This document shows, piece after piece, positions 39,501 through 47,421 of a DNA stretch of 64,000 nucleotides; the stretch's first letter is position 1, and every line of letters begins with the position of its first letter. The notes below the pieces were generated by a model, which had not been told where the DNA came from, ran no database searches, and saw only the letters and a list, made by a program, of their open reading frames with translations. Source of the stretch: Chthoniobacteraceae bacterium (GTDB lineage Bacteria; Verrucomicrobiota; Verrucomicrobiia; Chthoniobacterales; Chthoniobacteraceae); NCBI GenBank assembly GCA_037190965.1, contig JBBCKI010000015.1:26264-90263 (forward strand). The letters are read 5' to 3'. The position numbers and the translations under genes are program-made.

Positions 39501-39621
39501 AGGAACCGCCGAAAGCAACCTCGACATCGCCAGCAGAGCTCCAGATCAACGCCTGGAGACGTCCAAGCACCGATGCGGCGCGTGGAAGAACAAGCTGAAG
39601 AAAAGGATTATCTGGAAGCAT
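36568..39621 (-). CDS. GH38 alpha-mannosidase
   Basis: GHAHIDLVWLW, nucleophile region WIPDVFG, GDGGGG, GELYLEYHRG, QFHDYIPGSS. Confidence 0.94.
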   Translation of the reverse strand: MLPDNPFLQLVLPRAASVLGRLQALIWSSAGDVEVAFGGSFVEPMRVEEASRLSFEMVELPFFWGKLFEQAWFRILLPEHSGELYLHWHDQGEGTVYRDGVPFYGFDVAHRFCRIPKGTRELFVEGLCLQSAIWHPEAKGLNSTGSTLSKAGLFRRNELAWEVYHDVEALYQLTVEEAKAAPSGKSLKILGVGYQEPVNVVPVLYRRLLRGLDDIFNAFNRGGLGAAKEVISEVYSRLSGQHQRIRAVLTGHAHIDLVWLWPERTGEYKAVHTFSTMNRLMDSYPELVFGYSQPASYSAVEKRSPKLMEAVRERMASGRWEAIGATEVESDTQMACGEALARSFLLGQKGFERLSGSSSRVLWIPDVFGYAGCLPQIMNQTGVEYFFTTKLTWSNIHLFPYSSFVWRGIDGSEVLVHVTQENGYNQLASAEELRRGAQAYRQSDVHDEFLAPTGFGDGGGGVTEEICERARRYRSLGGMPEVQWGSVTSFFDRLNQVRAKLPVYQGELYLEYHRGVFTTHGDLKARFRECERALQTWEAVRSVTGGGVLDDGPWRRLVFAQFHDYIPGSSIWEVYEEGLPELAAISKKALEAAVLELGNAGIGGDDALFNPLPLARTTVVPIENHRRRAVTLPPLSGAPIHSLPVPGEAGAVEATPLEMASDHVRVAFDSMGQIAALSFGGKEVALSGALGALTIYPDFPAEFEAWDIDRQNLSLGRVVDSTAEAFVAVCSREEGVVEFRRRLSERSEAVIRYRLDAFNPVLRVEIEVDWRDEQALLRLLFPTAYSGRNARFGTPFGSVLRGQQPGNSREEAMFEGPASRWAVIGDDGETEGLGVVTEAKYGFSAWNGVLGVSLLRSPRVTGEDRGHGSIFPASLRHGGGRSVYSDLGHHTIRMALYFQSPDASREHLGAALAETLFTEPVRYRGEAVQAGFLGLEGGETLVPSWAKPAEDGRGWILRLHETMGRRGSAKLRLAEGYAASITDLSEKREEAVTVEEIRFTPYFLISLRISKNSHETK

Positions 39622-39737
39622 ATCGAGGCTTAAACAATAAACTTTGGAAGCGCTCTCGATGAGCGGTTCTCAAGACGATGAAAAAATGATGATCCACTGC
39701 GAGAAGGACTTTCATCCTCTCCCGCAATTCCGAGCCC

Positions 39738-40436
39738 TTAATGCCGAATATATTCACCCCTCCAACCGCGAATCGAACGATTTAATTCCTTCACCAATCG
39801 ATCGGGCAAGACCAACGGCCCCTGGCTAAGCGGCTTATAACTATAGGTGATATGATGATCACCGGCCACAAAGAGAATTGGCAACCGCGTCGATGCATCC
39901 AGCCACGCCGCCAGGCTCCCGTTCTTATACATCAGGCACGGCACCCCCTGCCGTGTCTCGCGGCCTTGGAAGGCCTCCCGGCTTACCCAGCCAAGTTCCT
40001 CGAAATCGGCCACTTCCTTCGCAGGGCCCGTGTCATCCGAATCCTGACGCATCTCTGGCGTCGAAACCATCACGATTCCCGGATTGGTAGAGTCCTCGAA
40101 AAAAGTAACTCGCCCGGAACGCCATACCTCCGCCGTTTTCCCAGTGGAATACCGGCGGTTCTCCTTTCTGATCTCTCCCGATTTCAATACCTCCACCTTA
40201 AGCAGGCGGGGCGACATTTGCTCCAAAAACTCCTTGGCAGCCTTTTCCTTGGGCGTTTGGTTGGGATCTTCGGGGGTCGGCTTATAAACAAAGGTTTTCA
40301 TTAACGCAATACTATGCGGCAGATCACGCATCTGCGGATCCTGCGGAGCCTCCTTCTCTGAGTCCGCCGCCCGGGCGAGAACCAAAGCCCCCATCAAAGG
40401 AATCACCAACCCAAAAGCGATAAGTTTCTTGATCAT
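39738..40436 (-). CDS. Secreted hypothetical protein coupled to the pseudopilin cassette
   Basis: Signal peptide (…LARA); ATGA overlap with the 1176-aa gene. Confidence 0.75.
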   Translation of the reverse strand: MIKKLIAFGLVIPLMGALVLARAADSEKEAPQDPQMRDLPHSIALMKTFVYKPTPEDPNQTPKEKAAKEFLEQMSPRLLKVEVLKSGEIRKENRRYSTGKTAEVWRSGRVTFFEDSTNPGIVMVSTPEMRQDSDDTGPAKEVADFEELGWVSREAFQGRETRQGVPCLMYKNGSLAAWLDASTRLPILFVAGDHHITYSYKPLSQGPLVLPDRLVKELNRSIRGWRGEYIRH

Positions 40437-43400
40437 TCTCTCACCAGTTCAAGTTGTTGATCGATAACCTCTCCCGTAAACCGGTCGATTGCGACATGGA
40501 ACCAATAATGCTTCTCACCTTCCACTGTGAACTTGTTCAAATCTGTTCCCGCGTTCGGTGCATACCGGCCGCTCTGAGCAATCACATCAATGAGCAAATT
40601 CCATGTCCGGGTGCTGCTGCTATCCGCCAAAGCCCGCACCAAAGCCTCCCTCTTCCATTTGACACCAGGATACATGTTATTATCCTTCGAAGCATCCTGC
40701 GGAAAGAGGCCCGGAATATTGGCGAGGTTCACCAAGGGCGTCGTCCTGATCTTTGTCGCGATATCGGCTGCAATCAACTGACTATCGCTTGCGCTGACCA
40801 CATTCGCCGTCCCCGCCGTCGTCAGCGTCTGGTCGGCATTTGGCTGATAATCGCGAAGGGCATTGGCGATCAACGCCTTCAAGACCGGGATCGATGCGCC
40901 GTTGATGTCGACCTTTCCCGCAACTACCGAAGGAGGAGGCAACGCTCCGTTTCCCGCAGCCCCGACACAAAAGAGATCGAGCAACGCCGAATCGGCGCTA
41001 TTGGCCGAGATCAGGTTCAAGGTCCTCCACGGGGTATCGCGAAATACGAAACCGAGTTCACCCACGCTACGGAAAGGCCGATTCAACATTACATTTCGAT
41101 TCGCCAGGCTCCCGGCCGTCAACGGGTTATCCGCCGCAGCCGTATACCAACCCGCAAGGTCCCCCACGCGCGGCACAAAGTCCCGATCGGTATAACGATT
41201 TCCTGCGGTATTATTGACGGTGTAGGCAAAATCCGTCACTCCAGTATACCAAGGCCCCACCGTAGGCCCGGAGGGGGACTTCCCGTTGATCGCACTAAGG
41301 GCGAGTTTCAGATTGTTAGGGTTGTTTCCCTGCCAGCGCGTCACGTTGAAACGAAGACTCCGGGGATCCAGAATCGCATAGATACAATTATCTTGATCCA
41401 CAGTCAGCCGGGTGTATTGCGAAGCAACGCTCGAATTCCAAGTCGACGCATTCTGAATCCACCCGGGATCTGCCGGCTCGAAATAGGGATCACCCGCCGT
41501 ATCCTGACCGTGCACGAACGAGCTGATAATCTGATAGGTCCGCCAGTCGCTCTCACTGTTGGCATTCCCTCCCTCCCGCAGGTATTGCAGCTCAAATGTC
41601 GGGGGTGGAGAAAGATCACGTTTCGCCGTGTTAAAATATGGCGCAATTGTATTCCCCAACGGTGCGCTAAGCGGAACCTTTTCCTTACAGTCTACCGCAC
41701 TGGAGCTGCCCAGGTAGATGCCAGCCCGGCTAAACTTCGAAGGTGTCTCGAATCTTCCATTGGGGTTCGATGTCTCGGAGAACGCATAATTCAAGGCAGT
41801 GGGCTCAGAAAAGCCGTTGTAGTCGCCAATGTTAAACCGGATCCAGGAGGGAGTGGACCTCGTAAACTGCTGAATTTTTTGATCCGCTGTCGCCAGATTT
41901 TGAAGCCTTGGTGCCACCATCCCGTCCACCGCCGCGATCCGAAAGATGGTCGGCCTTTTTGCCGCCGCAACCTTCGCATTCCGATGGGGATTCCAGAGCG
42001 AGAATGTCAACCATTGATGCACCCGGGTTTGCCACTCATCCTGCAACAATGTCCCCCCATCTCCCGTCGTCACCCCGAGCACTGGCCTGAGAACCGTTGT
42101 TGCCATCGCGTTGATGTAAGGCAAGTTCTCAACCCCGGTAAATGGCTGACCATTGAGGACGACTTCTGTGGGATAATCGTCTTCATCAAACTGGTCAATG
42201 ATGCTGGCTCCAATCTGCATCACCTGATATTTTTCTTGAGCGGCGACCACCTTTCCATCCACGTCTGTTCGGACGACATTGCTTCCGTTATTTCCACTCG
42301 GCACTCTGAGAGGGCCGCCGGCGCGATAGAATTCTCCCCCTTTCGCAACGTCTCCGCTGAAAGCGGGATCACCGCTTACCAGCCCCATGCTCCCCTTGAG
42401 GATTCCCGCCTGAAGCAACTCAAAGAAATCGGGTTCGCGCTTCTGCGCCGCGACCTCCTCCAATGTATTGATCCGGGCTCCGTTGCCCGGTGCTCCATGA
42501 TTATAAATCCATGCACCGGAGCTTTCCCTCGTGAGGCCAAAGTAATTCATCACATCGGCCGCAGTCACTCCACTAGGCAAGGTGCCATCATAGCGGATCC
42601 ATGACAGCCGATTAAGGTCAAACCGCTGCTTGACCAATGGCTCACCGACCACGGCCGTTGAACCGTCCACGCGGTCGAAGGAATCCGTGACCCGAACGTT
42701 GGCGATGCGCCTGTTAAATGCGTCGGCAGCATCCGCCTTTTTGTAGTAGGCATATTCGTCCGTAATGACAGCACCGCTGGTGATGTTAACCCCGTTGTTC
42801 TGCCCCCCTAAATCGCTTGCATTGAGGAGGGGCGACCAACTCGGGGCATTTTTCTCCCGCGAAAATGTCCCTAGATACTGAAGGACGTTCTGGCTGATTC
42901 CGGCATCGCGGGAGAATTTAAGGAAAGCCTGGCGGCTCGTGAACACCTGATCCGTCTGGCCGGATGATGGCGATGAAGAAGGCGTGGCAACGGAAAGAAA
43001 GCCGTTCGTCGCGCTTACGACGGTGTCAAAATAACGTGCCGCGGCTGGGTCATCGAAAGTATAGCCTCCTTTGAAGGTTCCGCCGGGCTGCGCGCTTGCG
43101 TAGTTACGCCAGCCGACAAGACGGTCAACCAGAGTCTGGGAGAGCGTCCCGGACGTGATGGTGGGCAACTGGGTCAGATCGGCGAATGCGACCCCGCCTT
43201 TGCGGGCATACCCCCATTCCAGCAAGCTCAGCGGATTCGGAGATGGATGGGGCATGTCCCCGGCGGGAAGTTTGGAGGGATACCCGGCGACATTGACATC
43301 GAGGAGAGCGCCTTCGTTATAGATGGCATAGGCATAACGGCCGATGACGGAGTTCGTCGGCGAAGTGATTACCGCGGGCCCGTTAGCCGTCACCATCACC

Positions 43401-43963
43401 CAGTCCGGCGGCGTGAATCCGCTGGCCCCCGAGATCGGCGTGAAATCGATCGTATCGCTGGTGTCGCTCCGTGGAATCAGGTAATGCGCGTTCCAGCGGG
43501 CGAGCTTGATGCTTCGGTTATTGGCGGACGTCCCGGAAGAGGAGAGATTGGAAGCAACCCCGGTTAGGCCGGGAATGCCCGTGGCGTTTACCATGCTGCG
43601 CCGCACAAGATTCGGAATCGGGTTCGAGCCCGAAACGATCGGAGGCGCTCCGCTGCGGGTGGGCAGCATGTTCGCTGCACTCTTTGGTTGATAGATTGAA
43701 ATGCCGTTGACAGTGGCGATATCGGAGCCCAGCACGATTTCCTGTTTGAGATCGCCAACGATGACATCCAGGGCACTGCGGGCAAGGATGTCCGACTTTG
43801 TATCGCTCAAGTTGCTGTTGGAAACCTGCCTTTCTGTCACGACACGGACAAAGAAAGCGATGACCAGCCCGCTCAACAGGACCAGGAACGCGAGGACGAT
43901 CACCAAGGCCACCCCCCGCCTAGGATGACATTGTGAATAAGAAAAGAGCGAAGAAGATTGCAT
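40433..43963 (-). CDS. Verru_Chthon cassette protein A-like (large PilX/GspK-type pseudopilin)
   Basis: RRG|VALVIVLAFLVLL class III signal without Glu5; 1176 aa; NRPFRSVGELGFVFR and GKVDIN in the C-terminal part. Confidence 0.82.
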   Translation of the reverse strand: MQSSSLFSYSQCHPRRGVALVIVLAFLVLLSGLVIAFFVRVVTERQVSNSNLSDTKSDILARSALDVIVGDLKQEIVLGSDIATVNGISIYQPKSAANMLPTRSGAPPIVSGSNPIPNLVRRSMVNATGIPGLTGVASNLSSSGTSANNRSIKLARWNAHYLIPRSDTSDTIDFTPISGASGFTPPDWVMVTANGPAVITSPTNSVIGRYAYAIYNEGALLDVNVAGYPSKLPAGDMPHPSPNPLSLLEWGYARKGGVAFADLTQLPTITSGTLSQTLVDRLVGWRNYASAQPGGTFKGGYTFDDPAAARYFDTVVSATNGFLSVATPSSSPSSGQTDQVFTSRQAFLKFSRDAGISQNVLQYLGTFSREKNAPSWSPLLNASDLGGQNNGVNITSGAVITDEYAYYKKADAADAFNRRIANVRVTDSFDRVDGSTAVVGEPLVKQRFDLNRLSWIRYDGTLPSGVTAADVMNYFGLTRESSGAWIYNHGAPGNGARINTLEEVAAQKREPDFFELLQAGILKGSMGLVSGDPAFSGDVAKGGEFYRAGGPLRVPSGNNGSNVVRTDVDGKVVAAQEKYQVMQIGASIIDQFDEDDYPTEVVLNGQPFTGVENLPYINAMATTVLRPVLGVTTGDGGTLLQDEWQTRVHQWLTFSLWNPHRNAKVAAAKRPTIFRIAAVDGMVAPRLQNLATADQKIQQFTRSTPSWIRFNIGDYNGFSEPTALNYAFSETSNPNGRFETPSKFSRAGIYLGSSSAVDCKEKVPLSAPLGNTIAPYFNTAKRDLSPPPTFELQYLREGGNANSESDWRTYQIISSFVHGQDTAGDPYFEPADPGWIQNASTWNSSVASQYTRLTVDQDNCIYAILDPRSLRFNVTRWQGNNPNNLKLALSAINGKSPSGPTVGPWYTGVTDFAYTVNNTAGNRYTDRDFVPRVGDLAGWYTAAADNPLTAGSLANRNVMLNRPFRSVGELGFVFRDTPWRTLNLISANSADSALLDLFCVGAAGNGALPPPSVVAGKVDINGASIPVLKALIANALRDYQPNADQTLTTAGTANVVSASDSQLIAADIATKIRTTPLVNLANIPGLFPQDASKDNNMYPGVKWKREALVRALADSSSTRTWNLLIDVIAQSGRYAPNAGTDLNKFTVEGEKHYWFHVAIDRFTGEVIDQQLELVRE

Positions 43964-43975
43964 GGGAGGCGCCCT

Positions 43976-44899
43976 TTATTTGCCGTTCAAATAGAAACAA
44001 CGCTGATACACCCGCACCGCCGAAGCGGCGGCCTGTGGGATTCTTGCGGTGGCAGCAAAGCCGGGAGAATTAATGGCCGAGACCCATGATGCCATGACCT
44101 CCGAACCCTCCGCAGCATCGGGCAAGGCACTAGCCAGCGCCGTATTGGACACATCGACAATCACCTGGCTGGTGGGGTCGAGGATGGCGAGAGTCACGAC
44201 AATCCCAGCGACGTCCTTAAATCCGTTGATGGAGGTGTGGGGAGCATTCCATGGCGTCAGTGAAAGGCGGCCGTCCGTTGGATTTGCGGGATCGCTCGTG
44301 CTTGGTTTGAGCAGGTAGCTGTATTCGATACGGAAGACTTGGTCGCCCACCGTCGTATAGTCAGCGTCGTCGACGAAAAGATTCGGCCAGAGTTCCATCA
44401 GCCTCACCGGAAGATAAGCCATGCTGCGCCAGGTGCCCCCCGTGTCCGGATCCCAGCCCAACGCCTTGCTCAAGCGCTGGAGCCCCATCCTTCCGGTGAA
44501 GGCATCCCTAAGCACCGCGTACGATACCAAGGAAACCGTCGCCCGGTCATTGCCGGAGAACTTCGACGGATCGCCGGAGTAATAGCCCACCCCCTCCGAA
44601 TAGAAGGCAAATCGATCATTGCCGGACTGCGGATTGTTAGAGGACTTGAACGTGGAATAATCCACATCGACGCGTTTCACCATGCCGGCAAAATCGAGCG
44701 CCATACGGCTAAAAATCATGCGGGCCTGAGAGTCCGCATCCATATGCTTACGGCTGTGGCTCACGGTTGAAGTGGCGCTGTTGGTCAATTGAGCCGTCAG
44801 CATGACCAGCAGCGTCAACACCGCAATCGCAACCAACATCTCCACCAATGTGAAGGCGTGAGAGGACTGCTTCCGCATCTGGAGAAAGAATCGATTCAT
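43976..44899 (-). CDS. Prepilin-type protein, Verru_Chthon cassette C-like (PilW/GspJ-type)
   Basis: HA|FTLVEMLVAIAVL N-terminal methylation motif. Confidence 0.85.
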   Translation of the reverse strand: MNRFFLQMRKQSSHAFTLVEMLVAIAVLTLLVMLTAQLTNSATSTVSHSRKHMDADSQARMIFSRMALDFAGMVKRVDVDYSTFKSSNNPQSGNDRFAFYSEGVGYYSGDPSKFSGNDRATVSLVSYAVLRDAFTGRMGLQRLSKALGWDPDTGGTWRSMAYLPVRLMELWPNLFVDDADYTTVGDQVFRIEYSYLLKPSTSDPANPTDGRLSLTPWNAPHTSINGFKDVAGIVVTLAILDPTSQVIVDVSNTALASALPDAAEGSEVMASWVSAINSPGFAATARIPQAAASAVRVYQRCFYLNGK

Positions 44900-44901
44900 C
44901 G

Positions 44902-45351
44902 CTAGTTTCGATCGAGGCCAACAAACGTAGAAACCAGCCCGGCAGCCTTCGTGGAATCCACGGCGGCGGGCCAGCTTACCGTGATCCCAACTTTCGTCAC
45001 CGTTCGCCCCCCGCTCGAAGTCGGGGCCACGGTGGTCGAAACGCGATAGCGTGCAGACGCCGGGGCGGGAGTGCGGCCACCGCTTTCATCGAGATAGAAA
45101 GTCGAAGTAGCCGTCGAAGGAACGTTCAGGGCGATGCCGAACCTGGGCGATTGGGCATCTCCCGTTCGCAAGTCAGCGGAAATCTCCGTCAGGATATTGG
45201 CGATCGCAGTTTGATTGATCGCCGCCTGGTTGCTATTGAGACCAATGGGAAGCAGCCCGAAGATGCCGATCAGCGCAAAGGCCGCCACACCAAGGCTCAA
45301 AGCCACTTCGACAAGTGAGAAGGCCAACACCGCTGAATTGTTCTTTTTCAT
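44902..45351 (-). CDS. Prepilin-type protein, Verru_Chthon cassette B-like (PilV/GspI-type)
   Basis: Start ATG 45351 (ATGA overlap); A|FSLVEVALSLGVAAFALIGIFGLLPIGL; FYLDESG; VSWPA. Confidence 0.87.
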   Translation of the reverse strand: MKKNNSAVLAFSLVEVALSLGVAAFALIGIFGLLPIGLNSNQAAINQTAIANILTEISADLRTGDAQSPRFGIALNVPSTATSTFYLDESGGRTPAPASARYRVSTTVAPTSSGGRTVTKVGITVSWPAAVDSTKAAGLVSTFVGLDRN

Positions 45352-46244
45352 AGTCGGATGATTCCAACACGCCCGGTGATTCCCTCGATCATGACGGCGG
45401 CGTTCGCTTTCATGGTTCCCTTGTAAAGGGGGTCGACGGCATTTCCGTGCGTTGGTTGAAGCCCGATCTCGATCCATTTCTGCGGGCCATTGATGATGTT
45501 ATCGACGATCTTGCTGGCCGATCCCTGTGGGTTGAATTCCACGATTTTTAAGAAGGTGTATTGCGCGGTGTTGCCGCTGAGAGGATATTTGAAGGTGGTC
45601 GGATTCGAAACCGGGGCTCCGCCACTGCTTGACATATGTTTGGCAAAAGCAGGATCGCCCACCTGGTAGTCGGCCGCAACCGGGGGACGGGGAGGATTAT
45701 TGTTGCTGGAGTTCGCCAAGCCGTCGTTCAGACTGCCGAGATGAACATTCTCCAGCTTGATCAGCTTATTGATCTGCACCAGCTTCGTCTGATTCTTTGA
45801 AGTGGGCGACAGGTTTGCGCCGAAAGCGGGCGGATCCGATGCGGTTACGGAGCTGTCGCTGTAGCGAGATCCATCCGCCGATGCCACGATGGAAATGATC
45901 ACCCGCCCCCCCGGATCGCTGGTTCCCGCGACGGGTGTGGACGGCGTGGGCTTTGAGGCGTCCTCTTCGACAAATCCCACCCAGACGTAGGTATTATTGG
46001 CCATGGCATAAGCGCGTGCCTGTTCCAGCGCTCCGGCGATTTCGTACGCCGCCTTGGTATTCGAGCTGGCGCCTGAGAGCGCGTTGAAGGCGGGAACCGC
46101 CGCCGCCACCATGAGAATCATGATCACCATGACCGCGAGCAATTCCACCAATGTGAACGCGGCACGGGTGAACTTCGGGATTAAAACCGGAAACCGGTTT
46201 GATACAAACGGCGAATGAGAAGTACTGTGGGGGGAGCAGTCCAT
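45348..46244 (-). CDS. Prepilin-type protein, Verru_Chthon cassette D-like (FimT/GspH-type)
   Basis: AA|FTLVELLAVMVIM; LEQARAYAMANNTYVWVGF; EFNPQGSA; GITGRV. Start at ATG 46244. Confidence 0.85.
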   Translation of the reverse strand: MDCSPHSTSHSPFVSNRFPVLIPKFTRAAFTLVELLAVMVIMILMVAAAVPAFNALSGASSNTKAAYEIAGALEQARAYAMANNTYVWVGFVEEDASKPTPSTPVAGTSDPGGRVIISIVASADGSRYSDSSVTASDPPAFGANLSPTSKNQTKLVQINKLIKLENVHLGSLNDGLANSSNNNPPRPPVAADYQVGDPAFAKHMSSSGGAPVSNPTTFKYPLSGNTAQYTFLKIVEFNPQGSASKIVDNIINGPQKWIEIGLQPTHGNAVDPLYKGTMKANAAVMIEGITGRVGIIRL

Positions 46245-46258
46245 CGAACGGTAAATAC

Positions 46259-46286
46259 GTTGTATTCCAAATTGAAGCAAAGTCAA
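46259..46286 (-). promoter_or_regulatory. Possible sigma70-type promoter of the pseudopilin cassette
   Basis: TTGACT-N16-TACAAC on the minus strand, 14 bp before ATG 46244, in an AT-rich gap. Confidence 0.4.
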
Positions 46287-46362
46287 CACAAAAGACCCTG
46301 CATTAAAACAGAAAAAAACATTCGAGCCAGACAAGAACAGACATCGTCGCTCGATGCCGCTG

Positions 46363-47421
46363 CTATCTCCTCCTCTCCATTTCAGCCGCAATCAGATCCG
46401 TGGCCTCCACCGGCAGCGTACTCATCAAGACCCACGCACCCTTTTGCCAGAGAGCCAAATTTCCAGGTGACTCCCTTTGCGGGCCAAAGGGAGGCTGCTT
46501 TCCCTGCCACCCCGACCCGCTCGTGGATAGCCCTGCGGCCATCGCAATCTTCGGAGCTGCCGAACTGGCATCTTTCTCCGACGGGAACCGCGCCATCCAA
46601 AGCGTATTGCCATAGGCCCGTCGGTGAAGCCCTGCAGAATAGTGATCGAACGCTTTCTTTGCCCCCGCGCCATCCCAGACGCCAGGCTGGTGATATTTGA
46701 CTCGCCAGATTTCCTCGGGAGCAATCCCCGCATCGGCCAGCACCCCCCGGTATTCCTCCTCCGCGGCCTGCGTCACCGCAAGGCGCGTCCATTTCCCCGC
46801 CACCGCAGGAACCACCGGTATCGGGCTGTTCCATTGGAGCGGAGACCTCTCCAACAAGGCGCCTTCCCCTCTCCGCCAACCGGAACCGGCGACCACGCCA
46901 TTGACTAACCCTTTTTCCGTGAAAAACTTTGCGGCCAACCGCACGGAGGCCGGGGTGATACCCGTTACCGTTACCACCGCTGCCTCAAACGGCGTTTGCT
47001 TGATGTTACTGGCATGCAGGAAAGGGTTCCGGTCGCTTTCAATGTAGCCGATCTCCCCCAGCAAATGCCCAAACCCGAAAACATACAGTCCGCCGTCTCT
47101 GAGCGCCGCCTCATGCTGCCAGACCTGCTTCACCATCGGGTCGTCCGGCATGCCGACGACCACCAGATGGCTATAAGCCCGTTCTTCAAACGGTCCTGCC
47201 GCCAATGCCTTCGAGTCGCTCACTTCGACCGGTGCGGTTCCCTCCCCCACCATCGCTCGCAACACTGCCGAGCGCTTCACATTGGCCAGGATCTCATGGG
47301 CAGCCTGCCTGACCTCTGCGGGCGCAGAAGAATCGACGACAATCTTCAGCGTCCGCTCAGCCGCATGCGCCCCATTCACAATGAGCGTCCACGCAAAAAT
47401 GGATAATAGCAACGGCTTCAT
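46363..47421 (-). CDS. Secreted hypothetical protein
   Basis: Signal peptide (…GAHA); ATGA overlap with the upstream gene; no family recognised. Confidence 0.78.
   Translation of the reverse strand: MKPLLLSIFAWTLIVNGAHAAERTLKIVVDSSAPAEVRQAAHEILANVKRSAVLRAMVGEGTAPVEVSDSKALAAGPFEERAYSHLVVVGMPDDPMVKQVWQHEAALRDGGLYVFGFGHLLGEIGYIESDRNPFLHASNIKQTPFEAAVVTVTGITPASVRLAAKFFTEKGLVNGVVAGSGWRRGEGALLERSPLQWNSPIPVVPAVAGKWTRLAVTQAAEEEYRGVLADAGIAPEEIWRVKYHQPGVWDGAGAKKAFDHYSAGLHRRAYGNTLWMARFPSEKDASSAAPKIAMAAGLSTSGSGWQGKQPPFGPQRESPGNLALWQKGAWVLMSTLPVEATDLIAAEMERRR

Noticed and set aside
40454..42604. 716-aa plus-strand ORF
   Set aside because: Antisense shadow of the 1176-aa pseudopilin gene, with no motifs; expected in GC-rich DNA.
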